Part shown: one piece after another, positions 39,471 through 50,761 of the stretch
Layout of the letters: each line of letters starts with the position of its first letter
Position numbering within the stretch: position 1 is the first letter of the stretch
Source: Patescibacteria group bacterium
GTDB taxonomy: Bacteria > Patescibacteriota > Microgenomatia > 0-14-0-10-38-17
NCBI GenBank assembly: GCA_050953885.1
Contig: JBMNNJ010000001.1
Location: 335,437 to 399,436, forward strand
Direction: 5' to 3'
DNA length: 64,000 bases
The notes under the pieces: model-generated
Database searches by the model: none
What the model was told of the DNA's origin: nothing
Seen by the model: only the letters and a program-made list of their open reading frames with translations
Position numbers and translations under genes: made by a program

Positions 39471-41177
39471 TTAGTCTCTTACCACCCTCACCACTTCTTC
39501 CATTGTACTTACTCCCTCCACCACTCGCAAGTAGCCATCCTGCAACATCGTAATCATCCCTTCCTCAACCGCTTGTTTTTCAATTTCTCCGGCCGGCGCC
39601 CTTTCCAAAATCAGTTTAACAATTTTTTCACTTACCGACAAGACCTCAAAAATACCTACCCGACCATAATAGCCGGTATTGTTGCACTGCTCACACCCCT
39701 TCCCCCGGAAAAACTTAATTTCTTCTTTTTTCTTCGGCAAGATCTTCCCTAAAACGGCTGACAATTCGTCTAAATTTGTCTTGTCGGGTTGATATTCCTC
39801 CCGGCAATTAGGGCAAATTCGCCGGGCAATCCGCTGGCCTACCACTAAAGAAAGAGAAGAGGCTAGTAAAAAGGGTTCCGCTCCCAAATCCAAAAGCCGC
39901 GGAATCGTTCCCGCCGCCTGATTAGTATGAAGAGTAGAAAAGACCAAATGGCCGGTAAGCGAAGCCTGAATAGCCAGTTCGGTCGTTTCCTGATCACGGA
40001 TCTCCCCCACCATGATAATATCCGGGTCTTGGCGTAAAAAAGAACGCATCGCGGAAGCAAAAGTCAGGCCCGCCTCGCGGTTCACCTGCACTTGGGTAAT
40101 TCCCTTAATTTCATATTCCACCGGATCCTCAATCGTCATAATGTTTAGCCCGGGATTATTAATACGGGTAATAGCCGAATAAAGGGTGGTTGTTTTTCCC
40201 GAACCGGTGGGGCCACAAACAATAATAATCCCGTTAGGCTTTAAAATCGCTTCCTCAACTCGTTTTAACCCCAGTCCTCGCAAGCCTAATTCCGGCAAAT
40301 CGGGCACACCGCCGCTGGAACGCAAAAGCCGCATCACAATTTTCTCTCCCCAAATTGTTGGGGCAGAAGAAACCCGTAAATCTACTTCCTCCTCTCCCGC
40401 TTTAAATTTAAAACGTCCATCTTGGGGAATTCTTTTTTCGTCAATTTTCATCCCCGACAAAATTTTGATCCGGGAAATCAACGCCTCATGAATAGTTTTA
40501 GGAAGTAAAAGCTTTTCGTGCAAAACCCCGTCAATGCGGTAGCGCACCCGCGTATTCTCCGGTTGCGGCTCAATATGAACATCCGACGCCCGTGAGGAAA
40601 CGGCAAATTCCAAAATCGTCGAGACCACCTTAGCAATCGGCGCTTCCCGAATCACCGTTCCCAGTTGACGAATATCAATTGCCTGGCTTTTGGGAACCGC
40701 CAATTCTTCCTCCATTGCCTGAGAAACTTCCGCCACCAGTGTTCCACCATAGCGCTCTTTAATCGCCTCCTCAATTTCTCCCTCCTCTGCCAAATAGGGG
40801 ACAACCTTACTCCCCGTCTTTTTCTCCAAAAATTCAATCGCCTCCAAGTCCAAGGGGTTAACCATCGCCACCGCCAGTTCATTTTTCTGACGATCAAATC
40901 GGAGGGGAATAAGCCGATAAGTCCGCGCCACCGCCTCGGAAACTAAAGCTACCGCTTCGGGAGAAACCGGTGTTTCCGCTAAAGAAACAAAAGGAAACCC
41001 CAGCACTTTAGCCCGCGCCCGCGTTAGTTCCTTTTTCTCTACCCAACCCTTTTCTTCAACCACCCTTTCCTCACTTAAACCTTTCTGGCTAGCCTCAACC
41101 GCTACCGTCTCCGCTTGTTCTTGGGTAAGCAACCCCTCCTCAACTAAAACCTTCAGCAAACCATTCTTAATTGCCAT
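39471..41177 (-). CDS. pilB: Type IV pilus assembly ATPase PilB/GspE
   Basis: ASDVHIEP; PQDGR; GPTGSGKTTTLY; LRQDPD; CPNC..GCEQC zinc motif. Confidence 0.96.
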   Translation of the reverse strand: MAIKNGLLKVLVEEGLLTQEQAETVAVEASQKGLSEERVVEEKGWVEKKELTRARAKVLGFPFVSLAETPVSPEAVALVSEAVARTYRLIPLRFDRQKNELAVAMVNPLDLEAIEFLEKKTGSKVVPYLAEEGEIEEAIKERYGGTLVAEVSQAMEEELAVPKSQAIDIRQLGTVIREAPIAKVVSTILEFAVSSRASDVHIEPQPENTRVRYRIDGVLHEKLLLPKTIHEALISRIKILSGMKIDEKRIPQDGRFKFKAGEEEVDLRVSSAPTIWGEKIVMRLLRSSGGVPDLPELGLRGLGLKRVEEAILKPNGIIIVCGPTGSGKTTTLYSAITRINNPGLNIMTIEDPVEYEIKGITQVQVNREAGLTFASAMRSFLRQDPDIIMVGEIRDQETTELAIQASLTGHLVFSTLHTNQAAGTIPRLLDLGAEPFLLASSLSLVVGQRIARRICPNCREEYQPDKTNLDELSAVLGKILPKKKEEIKFFRGKGCEQCNNTGYYGRVGIFEVLSVSEKIVKLILERAPAGEIEKQAVEEGMITMLQDGYLRVVEGVSTMEEVVRVVRD

Positions 41178-41405
41178 CTTGCTTTTATAGTAAAGAAATT
41201 ATGCTAAAATGTCAATTGAAATAATAATAGCTCTATTGTGTAATTAGTTAGTTACTTTAAAAACTCAAAACGCAAATGTCAAACCTGCCTGCCGGCAAGG
41301 CAGGTCTACATGGCAAATGTTAAAACTTTTTAAAGCTTAAAATTGTTTTTCAGATTTGATCCGCCAGCTGGCGGATTGCGATTTACCATTTGAGTTTTTT
41401 TTATC

Positions 41406-42050
41406 GTGTTTCATTCTCTCATTATCACCGGCGCCAATAAGAAGAGAAGGGCAGGGGAAGCCGAAAAAATCCGCTCCCGATATAATTCCTGCCCCCTCGA
41501 GGTTGACCCCGATTGCCTTCTTCTTAATCAGGGCACAATCGAGGCTATCCGCCAGGCCAAAATCTGGCTTGCCAAAAAACCATTTTCCGGCCAAAAAAAA
41601 ATCGTGATCATTACGGAAGCGCAAAATTTAACCCTGCCAGCGCAAAACGCTCTTTTAAAAACCCTTGAAGAACCGCCCGCCCATTCTTTAATTATCCTCA
41701 CCACTCCCAATCCCGCTCTTCTTTTACCAACAGTAGTTTCCCGTTGCCAAGTAATTCATCTTCAACCCAAAGAAAATGCCCTTTTAAAAAAAATTTCCCC
41801 TTATCAAGAAATTTATCAAAAAACGATAGCAGAAAAAGTTATCCTCGCCCAAGAAAAAGGCGCCACCTTTGAAAGCGCTAAGAGCTGGTTACGAGAGCAA
41901 AGAAAATTTTGGCAAGAAAAAGCTTCGGAAAATTTGCCGGAAGCTTCTTTCTGGCTTGAAAAAACTCTTGTTGGCGAGCAAATGCTCAAACAAAATGTTT
42001 CTCCCCGACTGGCGTTAACCTACTTCCTTCTTTGGCTCCAAAAAGAATAA
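41406..42050 (+). CDS. holB: DNA polymerase III delta-prime-like subunit
   Basis: KIVIITEAQNLTLPAQNALLKTLEEPP; LLPTVVSRC. Confidence 0.8.
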   Translation: MFHSLIITGANKKRRAGEAEKIRSRYNSCPLEVDPDCLLLNQGTIEAIRQAKIWLAKKPFSGQKKIVIITEAQNLTLPAQNALLKTLEEPPAHSLIILTTPNPALLLPTVVSRCQVIHLQPKENALLKKISPYQEIYQKTIAEKVILAQEKGATFESAKSWLREQRKFWQEKASENLPEASFWLEKTLVGEQMLKQNVSPRLALTYFLLWLQKE

Positions 42051-42154
42051 ATTCCCTCTGGAAGAGGACGTTTAAAGCTGATATAATAGAAGTTGCCCTT
42101 AAATTAACACGAATAGAAAACGAAAATTGTATTTTGTATTTGGTATTAATTATA

Positions 42155-42270
42155 ATTCAAAATTCAAAAGTCAAAAGTCAAAATTGTAAGTCAAAAGTTA
42201 AAAGTTTTTTGTTCTACTTTTGAATTTTAACTTGTAATTTTGACTTTTAACTTTTGACTTTTAACTTTTA
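42155..42270. repeat. Intergenic module B (CAAAAGT/TTTTGAC heptamer inverted array)
   Basis: Related copies at ~11299-11414, 23989-24090, 32077-32345, 38108-38183 and 39328-39450. Confidence 0.85.
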
Positions 42271-42333
42271 GTTATTCTCTGTCCGCCAGCCGGTGGATTA
42301 ATTTTTGACTTTTGCATTAATTTATATTTTTCT

Positions 42334-44250
42334 ATGTCTTCTTCTAGCGATTATACCGCCGATAAAATCCAGGTTTTGGAAGGAATTGAGCCGGTGCGCC
42401 GTCGGCCGGGAATGTTTATTGGCTCCACCGACGCCAAGGGTTTGCATCATCTTTTAACAGAAATTATCGATAATTCGATTGATGAGGCCCTTTCCGGCAA
42501 CGCCCAAAACATCTGGGTTTATTTGCAAAAAGACGGCCAGGCGCGGGTGATTGATGACGGCCGGGGCATTCCCGTAGAAAAGCATCCCACCTTGGGCGTT
42601 TCCGCCTTGGAGGTGGCGATGACCCGCTTGCATGCTGGGGCCAAATTCCAAAAAGGCACCTATAAAGTCTCCGGCGGCTTGCATGGGGTAGGGGCCAGCG
42701 CCGTCAACGCTCTTTCGCAAAAAATGCGCGTCGAGGTGCGCCGCAATGGCAAATTGTATTATCAAGAATACCGCCGCGGCAAACCGCTGGCGCCAGTTAA
42801 AGAAATACCTCTTCCCAAAGGCGATCTTCCCCAAACCGGCACCCAAACAATTTTCTTGCCTGATCCGCAAATTTTTGAAGACACCAATTTTTCCCGCGCT
42901 AAAGTTGAGCAATCGCTAAGACTACGAGCCTATCTTATCCCGAAAATTTTTATTCATTTTTTCGATGAACGAGAGGGTTACCAAAAGCACTTCTATTTTG
43001 AAGGAGGAATTCGTTCTCTTTTAAAAAGAGCCAACCGCGATCATAAAAAAATTAGCCCAATCGTCTATATTTCTAAAAAAGACGAGAAGCTTAATTTAGA
43101 GGCGGAAGTTGCTTTCCAATATATTGACGACATTGAGGAAAATATTCAGTCCTTTGTTAATGTTATCCCCACCCCCGATGAGGGCACTCATGTTGCCGGC
43201 TTTCGCTCCGGCCTCACCCGCGTTATTAACGACTATGCCCTCGGGAAGAACCTCATTAAAGAAGGAGAAAAATTTAGCGGCGAAGACACCAAAGAAGGGC
43301 TAACGGCCATTATCTATATCAAGATGCCTTCGGAGAAAATCCAATTTGAATCGCAAACAAAAACAAAATTAAACAATAAAGAAGTGGGGCTTTTTGTCAA
43401 CCAAATCGTTCGGGAAGAACTGGCGACTTTCTTGGAAGAACATCCTTCAGAGGGTCGCAAAATTGTCGAGAAAATTAAAATCGGCCTGCAAGCCCGCTTA
43501 GCGGCTAAGGCGGCCCGGCAGGCAGTCTTGCGAAAAAGCGCCTTAGGCAGCGGCTCCCTGCCAGGAAAGTTAGCCGACTGTCAGGTCAAAAACCCCGAGC
43601 TGGCCGAACTTTTTATTGTCGAAGGCGATTCTGCCGGGGGCTCGGCCAAACAAGGTCGCGACCGGCGTTTTCAGGCCATTTTCCCCCTTAGAGGCAAGCT
43701 TTTAAACACCGAACAGGCGCGACTTGACAAAATTATTAAATTTGAAGAACTTAAAAACTTGGTGACTGTTTTGGGAATGGGTATTGGTGAAAGCCAAAGC
43801 CCGGAAAAACTCCGCTATCAAAAGGTGATTATTATGACAGACGCGGATGTTGATGGCGAACATATTGCTACCCTTCTTTTAACCTTTTTTTATCGCCATC
43901 TTCCCCACATTGTTGAAAACGGCTATCTTTATTTAGCCCAACCCCCTCTTTATAAAATTAGCGCCGGCGGGAAAGACCACTATGTTTATTCTGACAGCGA
44001 GAAAGAAGCCCTTTTAAAAAGCCTTAACAGCCAAAAAGTAAGAATCCAACGCTATAAGGGTTTGGGAGAAATGAATCCGGAACAGCTTTGGCAAACCACG
44101 ATGGATCCCAAAACAAGAATTTTAAAAAAGATTACCATTGAAGACATTCAGGAGGCGGACCACACTTTTGATATGCTTTTGGGCAAAGAAGTTTTGCCCC
44201 GCCGCCGCTTTATCCAAGCCAACGCCAAGTTAGCCGAATTAGATATTTAA
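42334..44250 (+). CDS. gyrB: DNA gyrase subunit B
   Basis: RRRPGMFIG; EIIDNSIDE; GGLHGVG; VEGDSAGGSAK; DADVDG; QRYKGLGEMN. Confidence 0.96.
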   Translation: MSSSSDYTADKIQVLEGIEPVRRRPGMFIGSTDAKGLHHLLTEIIDNSIDEALSGNAQNIWVYLQKDGQARVIDDGRGIPVEKHPTLGVSALEVAMTRLHAGAKFQKGTYKVSGGLHGVGASAVNALSQKMRVEVRRNGKLYYQEYRRGKPLAPVKEIPLPKGDLPQTGTQTIFLPDPQIFEDTNFSRAKVEQSLRLRAYLIPKIFIHFFDEREGYQKHFYFEGGIRSLLKRANRDHKKISPIVYISKKDEKLNLEAEVAFQYIDDIEENIQSFVNVIPTPDEGTHVAGFRSGLTRVINDYALGKNLIKEGEKFSGEDTKEGLTAIIYIKMPSEKIQFESQTKTKLNNKEVGLFVNQIVREELATFLEEHPSEGRKIVEKIKIGLQARLAAKAARQAVLRKSALGSGSLPGKLADCQVKNPELAELFIVEGDSAGGSAKQGRDRRFQAIFPLRGKLLNTEQARLDKIIKFEELKNLVTVLGMGIGESQSPEKLRYQKVIIMTDADVDGEHIATLLLTFFYRHLPHIVENGYLYLAQPPLYKISAGGKDHYVYSDSEKEALLKSLNSQKVRIQRYKGLGEMNPEQLWQTTMDPKTRILKKITIEDIQEADHTFDMLLGKEVLPRRRFIQANAKLAELDI

Positions 44251-44298
44251 TAATTTTTCTCTTGTTTAAGCTCTTTATTCATGTTAAACTAACTTTCT

Positions 44299-46932
44299 AT
44301 GGCCAAAAAACAATGGGTTTTTTCTTTTGATCGCGTTCCTGAAATTAATAAAAATCTTCTTGGCGGCAAGGGCGCGGGTTTGGCGGAAATGACCAAAATC
44401 GGCCTGCCCGTACCTCCCGGCTTTATTATCACCACCGCCGCCTGCAAGGTTTACCAAAAGGAAAGGGAATTGCCGCCTGCTATTTGGCAAGAAGTTTTAA
44501 AAGAGCTGGGGGAATTAGAAAAAAAGACCGGTAAAAAGTTTAATGATCCTAAAAATCCTCTTTTGGTTTCCGTCCGTTCCGGCGCTCCCGTCTCAATGCC
44601 GGGGATGATGGACACGGTTTTAAATCTTGGTCTAAACAAAAAAACCGCCGCCGCGCTTTCTAAAAAAACTAATAATCTCCGCTTTGCCGCCGACGCCTAC
44701 CGCCGTTTTATCCAAATGTTTGCCAATATCGTTAAAGGCGTTCCTTTGAAAAAATTTGAGGATGTTTTAGAACAAGAAAGAGAACGTCATGGCTTCAAAA
44801 GTGACACCGAGTTTAGTGCTGAAGATTTGGAAAAAATTATCAAACGTTACCAACAAATTTATCAGCAAGAAACCGGGGAGACCTTTCCCGAAGATCCCTT
44901 AATTCAACTTCAGGAAGCAATTAAAGCCGTTTTTAGCTCTTGGGGGAATAAAAGAGCTATCGATTACCGCAATTTTAATAAAATCCCTCATGATTTGGGC
45001 ACCGCCGTTAACGTTCAGGCGATGGTTTTTGGCAATATGGGAGAAAAATCGGCCACCGGAGTGGCCTTTACCCGCAATCCCGCCACCGGCAAAAAAGAAC
45101 TTTACGGTGAATTCTTAATCAATGCCCAAGGGGAAGACGTGGTGGCCGGCATCCGCACCCCTCGGCCCATTAAACAACTGGCCAAAGCAATGCCAAAGGC
45201 TTACCAAACCTTGCAAAAAATTGCCCAAATTTTAGAAAAGCACTTCCGCGACACCCAAGATTTAGAATTCACCGTTGAGGAAGGAAAGTTTTATATCCTC
45301 CAAACCCGCACCGGCAAAAGAACTCCCGAGGCGGCGGTTAAAATTGCCCACGACATGGTTTTGGAAAAACTTATCAGTAAAGAAGAGGCTATTATGCGCC
45401 TTGACCCTGAACAAATTAATCAATTACTTCACCGCCGCCTTGACCCCAACGCCCGCCTTCAAGTGATTGCCAAAGGGCTGGCGGCCTCCCCGGGCGGTGC
45501 CAGCGGCGAGGTGGTTTTTGACGCCGACAAGGCCGAAAGCGAGGGACAGCTGGGTAATCAGGTAATTTTAGTCCGGCCGGAAACTTCTCCTGATGATGTT
45601 CATGGCGTTATCTGGGCCCAAGGAGTCTTGACCAGCCGGGGAGGAATGACATCTCATGCCGCCGTGGTGGCCCGAGGTTTGGGTCGGCCCTGTGTTTGTG
45701 GCGCCGAAGAGGTAAAAATTGATCTAGAAAAACGTCAGTTTACCAGCCGCGGCCAAACCATTAAAGAAGGGGAGATTATCACCATTAATGGCTCAACCGG
45801 CGAGGTAATCTTGGGCGCCGTCCCCATGGTGGAACCAAAGCTAAGCCGGGAATTAAAAACCGTCCTTTCCTGGGCTGACAGCTTGGCAAAACTAAAGGTT
45901 TATACCAATGCCGATTATCCTCGCGATGCCAAAACTGCCCGCGACTTTGGCGCCAAGGGCATCGGCCTTTGCCGGACAGAGCATATGTTTATGGAACAGG
46001 AACGCCTGCCATATGTTCAGGAAATGATTTTAGCTCCAAACGCCCAAGAGCGGGAAAAACCGCTTGAAAAAATCGGTCATTTCCAAAAAGAAGATTTTAT
46101 GGGCTTATTCCGCATTATGGACGGCTTGCCGGTGATCATCCGCCTTATCGACCCTCCCTTACATGAATTTCTCCCCAAAGAAGAGGAAATAGAAGAGCAT
46201 TTAAGCAAGGCAAAAAGCAAAAAAGAAAAGGAGCACTGGGAAGCAATGCGGGCCGCGCGTAATAGTCTTCACGAGGATAATCCCATGTTGGGTTTGCGCG
46301 GTTGCCGCTTGGGCATTTTGATGCCCGAAATCATCAGAATGCAAACCCGCGCTATTTTGGAGGCGGCTCTTGATGTCAAAAAAGAAGGCAAAAAAGTAAA
46401 ACCCCAAATTATGGTCCCCTTGGTTGCTTTTAAAGAAGAACTTGCTTTTGTTAAAAAAGAAATCCAAAATGAGGCGAAAAAAGTTTTCGCCAAACATGGG
46501 GAAAAAATCGCCTTTAAAATTGGCACCATGATTGAACTGCCCCGCGCCGCCTTAAGGGCAGGGGAGATTGCCCAAGAAGCAGAATTTTTTTCTTTTGGCA
46601 CTAACGATTTAACCCAAACCGCCATCGGCATTTCCCGCGATGACGCCGAGGGAAAATTTTTAGCTTCTTATCAGGAATTAGGCATCATTAAAACCAATCC
46701 TTTTCAAACTTTAGACCAAGATGGGGTAGGGGAGCTGGTCCAAATAGGAGCAGAAAGAGGCAGAAAAACAAACCCCAGCCTTTCTGTGGGCATTTGCGGC
46801 GAGCATGGCGGCGAGCCGGAAAGCATTAAGTTTTGCCACCAGGTCGGCTTAAACTATGTTTCCTGCTCCCCCTATCGCGTCCCCGTTGCCCGCCTCGCCG
46901 CCGCCCAAGCAGCAGTCCAAGTCAAAGACTAA
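44299..46932 (+). CDS. ppdK: Pyruvate, phosphate dikinase
   Basis: LLGGKGAGLAEM; SVRSGA; GGMTSHAAVVARG; GLCRTEHMF; SFGTNDLTQ; GICGEHGG. Confidence 0.97.
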   Translation: MAKKQWVFSFDRVPEINKNLLGGKGAGLAEMTKIGLPVPPGFIITTAACKVYQKERELPPAIWQEVLKELGELEKKTGKKFNDPKNPLLVSVRSGAPVSMPGMMDTVLNLGLNKKTAAALSKKTNNLRFAADAYRRFIQMFANIVKGVPLKKFEDVLEQERERHGFKSDTEFSAEDLEKIIKRYQQIYQQETGETFPEDPLIQLQEAIKAVFSSWGNKRAIDYRNFNKIPHDLGTAVNVQAMVFGNMGEKSATGVAFTRNPATGKKELYGEFLINAQGEDVVAGIRTPRPIKQLAKAMPKAYQTLQKIAQILEKHFRDTQDLEFTVEEGKFYILQTRTGKRTPEAAVKIAHDMVLEKLISKEEAIMRLDPEQINQLLHRRLDPNARLQVIAKGLAASPGGASGEVVFDADKAESEGQLGNQVILVRPETSPDDVHGVIWAQGVLTSRGGMTSHAAVVARGLGRPCVCGAEEVKIDLEKRQFTSRGQTIKEGEIITINGSTGEVILGAVPMVEPKLSRELKTVLSWADSLAKLKVYTNADYPRDAKTARDFGAKGIGLCRTEHMFMEQERLPYVQEMILAPNAQEREKPLEKIGHFQKEDFMGLFRIMDGLPVIIRLIDPPLHEFLPKEEEIEEHLSKAKSKKEKEHWEAMRAARNSLHEDNPMLGLRGCRLGILMPEIIRMQTRAILEAALDVKKEGKKVKPQIMVPLVAFKEELAFVKKEIQNEAKKVFAKHGEKIAFKIGTMIELPRAALRAGEIAQEAEFFSFGTNDLTQTAIGISRDDAEGKFLASYQELGIIKTNPFQTLDQDGVGELVQIGAERGRKTNPSLSVGICGEHGGEPESIKFCHQVGLNYVSCSPYRVPVARLAAAQAAVQVKD

Positions 46933-47125
46933 ACACACGGGGTTAAACAGGATGCCTACTGGATAAAACAGAATAAAAAATCTCGTTTAATTCCTCTCTG
47001 GACGTTTTGGAGTAAAACGAAAATTTTTTTTAAGGAAAAATATAATTTTTGCATTTTATATTACATTTTGAATTTTGAATTTTGATTTTTGAATAATTTT
47101 GACTTTTGAATTTTGACTTATTATT

Positions 47126-49735
47126 ATGTCTTCTCCCGATAACAACGATAACCAAATTAAAATCGCCCCCATTGCCGGCGAGGTAAAAAAGGCCTATCTT
47201 GACTACGCCATGTCGGTAATTGTTTCCCGAGCTCTTCCGGATGTTCGCGATGGCCTAAAACCGGTCCATCGTCGCATTCTTTATGCCGCCTATCAGATCA
47301 ATCTCTCCCACACCTCTGCCTTTACCAAAAGCGCAAAATTAGTCGGCGAAGTTTTAGGTAAATACCATCCTCACGGCGATGCTTCTGTTTATGATGCTCT
47401 CGTCCGTCTGGCTCAAGATTTTTCAATGCGCTATCCCTTAATCCAAGGGCAGGGAAATTTTGGTTCTATTGACGGCGATCCTCCCGCCGCTATGCGTTAT
47501 ACCGAAATAAGGCTTTCAAAAATCGCCCAGGAAATGCTAAAAGATTTAGAAAAAGAAACTGTCCCCACTTTGCCTAATTTTGACGGCACTCTTGCCGAAC
47601 CCCAATATTTACCCGCTCTTTTACCTAATCTTCTCTTAATGGGTTCCGAGGGGATTGCCGTCGGCATGGCCACCAAAATTCCCCCCCATAACTTGGGCGA
47701 GGTGGTCAGGGCCTTAATCTTAATCATTGAAAAAGGAAAAGCCACTTTTCCCCAAACCCATCCCTTGGGCCAAAAAGAGATTAACAAGCAAGAAAAAGAA
47801 AGTTTTTACCAAAAACTTTTAGAAATGCCTTTTGAGGAAGTGGCTAATTTTCTGCCCAACTTTGAAACCGAAGCCAGTCTTGACGACATCTTAACCATTA
47901 TCAAGGGGCCAGATTTCCCCACCTATGGGGCTATTTTTGGTAAAAAACAAATCCAGGAAGCATACCAGAAGGGGAGGGGAAGCATCTTAGTCCGCGGCAA
48001 AGCCGACATTGAGGAAGTGCGCAAAAATCGTTTGGCGATTATTATCAGCCAACTGCCATATCAGGTTAATAAATCCCTTTTGGTCCAAAAAATTGCCGAT
48101 CTTATCCGCGAGCAAAAAATAAAAGGAGTAGGGGATCTGCGCGATGAATCCAGCCGCGAGGGGATTCGGATTGTTTTAGAATTGCAGCGCCAAGCCAAAC
48201 CCCAAGCCATTCTCAATAATCTTTACAAAAAAACCGACTTAGAAACCACTTTTCCGGCTAATTTCGTCGCCCTTTTAAACGGCGTTCCTCAAACGCTGGG
48301 CCTACGGGAAATTCTCCTTCATTATGTTACCCACCGTCAGGAAATTGTTTTCCGCCGCACCATTTTTGATTTGCGCGCCGCCCAAGGACGGGCGCACATT
48401 CTTGAAGGCCTGAAAATTGCCCTTGATTATTTAGATGAAGTTATTAAAACCATCAGAACCTCGGCTAACACCAGCGAAGCCCAAAAAAACTTGATGGAAA
48501 AATTTTCCCTCAGCGCCCTGCAGAGCGAAGCGATTCTTAATATGCCCTTAAAAAGACTCTCGCGGCTTGAGCGGGAAAAAATTGAAGAAGAATACCAGCT
48601 TATCCAAAAACAAATTAAGGAGTATAAAACCACTTTAGAAAAACCGGAGAAAATTCTTAAAATTATTAAAGAGGAGCTTGGTTATCTTTTGGAAAACTAC
48701 GAAGACGGCCGCCGGACCCAAGTTTTTGCCTCCTTGCCGGGAGAGTTGGCGGAAGAAGATTTAGTTGCCAATGAACCGGTTATTATCACCATTACCAAAC
48801 AAGGTTATATTAAACGCTTGGCCAAAAACGTTTACCGCCCCCAAAGACGAGGCGGCAAAGGCATTACCGGCATGACCACCAAAGAAGAAGACGAAGTAAA
48901 ACAGGTTTTAAGCGCGCAAACCCATGACCAAATTATCTTTTTTACCAATCAAGGGAAAGCTTTCCGCTTGCCGGTTTGGGAAATTCCCGAAGGCAACCGC
49001 CAAAGCCGCGGCAAGGCGGTGGTTAACCTGATTAATCTTGAGAGCGAGGAGAAAGTAGAAGCCACCCTCATTATTCCCAAAGAAAAAAGCGAAGAAAAAA
49101 AATATCTTATTCTCACCACCAAAAAAGGAATGGTTAAAAAAAGTTTGCTTGAAGAATTTAGCAACATCCGCGCCAACGGCTTGGTGGCAATTAAACTTCG
49201 TCCCGGCGATCAGCTTTGTTGGGCCAAAACCTCCAAAGAGCACGACCATCTTCTTTTAGTCACCGCTTTCGGCCAATCAATCAGATTTTCCCAAGAAGAA
49301 ATCCGCCCCACCGCCCGCGACACCATTGGGGTGGGGGGAATCCGTCTGAAAAAAGACGATTATCTTGTCGGAGCAGAAGTAATCCCTCCTAAAGTGGTAA
49401 TAAAAGACCGCCGCCGCAAGCCTTACCAACGGCTTCTTTTGGTCACCCAGAAAGGTTTGGGTAAACAAACTGATCTTGACGCTTTTCCTTGTCAGCATCG
49501 TTACGGTAAAGGAGTAAAAGCAGCCAAGATTAACAAAAAAACCGGTCTTGTTTGCGAAGTAAAAATTATTACCGAAAAAGACCAAGACCTAATTATTACT
49601 TCTCAAAAAGGGCATTTAATTAAACTCCCCTTGAAAAACATTCCTGTTTTGGGACGAAATACCCAAGGGGTAATTCTGATGCGCTTTAAAGACGAGAACG
49701 ATCAGGTAGCCAGCGTCGCCACTACCCGGGGGTAA
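47126..49735 (+). CDS. gyrA: DNA gyrase subunit A
   Basis: [16 protein letters not shown]; YHPHGD; AAMRYTE; GyrA box QRRGGKG; beta-pinwheel repeats. Confidence 0.97.
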   Translation: MSSPDNNDNQIKIAPIAGEVKKAYLDYAMSVIVSRALPDVRDGLKPVHRRILYAAYQINLSHTSAFTKSAKLVGEVLGKYHPHGDASVYDALVRLAQDFSMRYPLIQGQGNFGSIDGDPPAAMRYTEIRLSKIAQEMLKDLEKETVPTLPNFDGTLAEPQYLPALLPNLLLMGSEGIAVGMATKIPPHNLGEVVRALILIIEKGKATFPQTHPLGQKEINKQEKESFYQKLLEMPFEEVANFLPNFETEASLDDILTIIKGPDFPTYGAIFGKKQIQEAYQKGRGSILVRGKADIEEVRKNRLAIIISQLPYQVNKSLLVQKIADLIREQKIKGVGDLRDESSREGIRIVLELQRQAKPQAILNNLYKKTDLETTFPANFVALLNGVPQTLGLREILLHYVTHRQEIVFRRTIFDLRAAQGRAHILEGLKIALDYLDEVIKTIRTSANTSEAQKNLMEKFSLSALQSEAILNMPLKRLSRLEREKIEEEYQLIQKQIKEYKTTLEKPEKILKIIKEELGYLLENYEDGRRTQVFASLPGELAEEDLVANEPVIITITKQGYIKRLAKNVYRPQRRGGKGITGMTTKEEDEVKQVLSAQTHDQIIFFTNQGKAFRLPVWEIPEGNRQSRGKAVVNLINLESEEKVEATLIIPKEKSEEKKYLILTTKKGMVKKSLLEEFSNIRANGLVAIKLRPGDQLCWAKTSKEHDHLLLVTAFGQSIRFSQEEIRPTARDTIGVGGIRLKKDDYLVGAEVIPPKVVIKDRRRKPYQRLLLVTQKGLGKQTDLDAFPCQHRYGKGVKAAKINKKTGLVCEVKIITEKDQDLIITSQKGHLIKLPLKNIPVLGRNTQGVILMRFKDENDQVASVATTRG

Positions 49736-49810
49736 AATAAATGAAAATGCCACGCCATAGGGGTCTCGCCCATTGACGGGCGGGCACATGGACCCACCCC
49801 TACATTATTT

Positions 49811-50761
49811 CTATTCTTTCTCAATCTCTTTCAGGGGGTGGTATTTCCGGTGAGTTTCTTCGGCAAAACGATCCCCCGGATGGACATAACGCGTCGTTGT
49901 TTCCAGTGACTCATGCCCCAAAAGAATCTGAATCGCCGCCGGAGAAGCACCGCTTTCCGCTAAATAAGTAGCAAAACCATGACGCAGGGAATGAGGAGAA
50001 ACAGGGACGTTAACTTTTAATTTCTCGCGATACTCTTTAAGCTTGCTTTCAATATAATTGGGAGAAATTCTTTTCTCCCGCTTGGCCACATTAGGCCCGG
50101 AGTAAGGGATGAAAAGCGCCGGCGCACTGTCTTGGCGGGTTAAAAGATAGCGTTCCAAAATTGCCTTCGCCCGGGGCGTTAAATAAACAAAACGCTCTTT
50201 CTTTCCTTTGCCTAAAATAAAAATTCGCCCCGAGTCATCAATATCGGCGCGATTAAGATGACAAAGCTCAGAAATTCTCAAGCCGGTGGCAAAAAGAGTT
50301 TCCAAAATCGCCCGGTTCCTTAAACCCACCAGAGGATTTTTCTCCAGCGTTGTTGGCGCCTCAATTAACCGTACCAATTCTTTAAACTCGGCCACGCGGG
50401 GATGGCGCTTTTCGGTTTTTACCAGCTTAATAGCGTCCGGCACCACCGGCACCGGCACATCACGATCCACTAAATACTTAAGATAGCTTCTTAAGGCCGA
50501 AAGCATCCGGTTAACGCTTTGTGCCGATAATTGGGCCTCTTTCTTCTCTTTCTTAATCGGCGTCTGCCGGTCACGGGAAACCAAATACGCCTTATATTCA
50601 TCAATTGTCCTTTTAGTAATTTTCTCAAAGGAAGGAGTAGGGGAGGAAGCAAGGTAGGCGTCAAAAACTTTCAAGTCGCGTTCGTAATTATAAACCGTTT
50701 CGAGAGAGTAGTTGTTGGTTTTAAGTGACAATAAAAAATCGTCAAAAAAAGGAAGAATCAT
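49811..50761 (-). CDS. XerC/XerD-family tyrosine recombinase
   Basis: SAM-like N-domain; TGLRISE; GKGKKER; HSLRHGFAT; LLGHESLETTTRY. Confidence 0.92.
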   Translation of the reverse strand: MILPFFDDFLLSLKTNNYSLETVYNYERDLKVFDAYLASSPTPSFEKITKRTIDEYKAYLVSRDRQTPIKKEKKEAQLSAQSVNRMLSALRSYLKYLVDRDVPVPVVPDAIKLVKTEKRHPRVAEFKELVRLIEAPTTLEKNPLVGLRNRAILETLFATGLRISELCHLNRADIDDSGRIFILGKGKKERFVYLTPRAKAILERYLLTRQDSAPALFIPYSGPNVAKREKRISPNYIESKLKEYREKLKVNVPVSPHSLRHGFATYLAESGASPAAIQILLGHESLETTTRYVHPGDRFAEETHRKYHPLKEIEKE

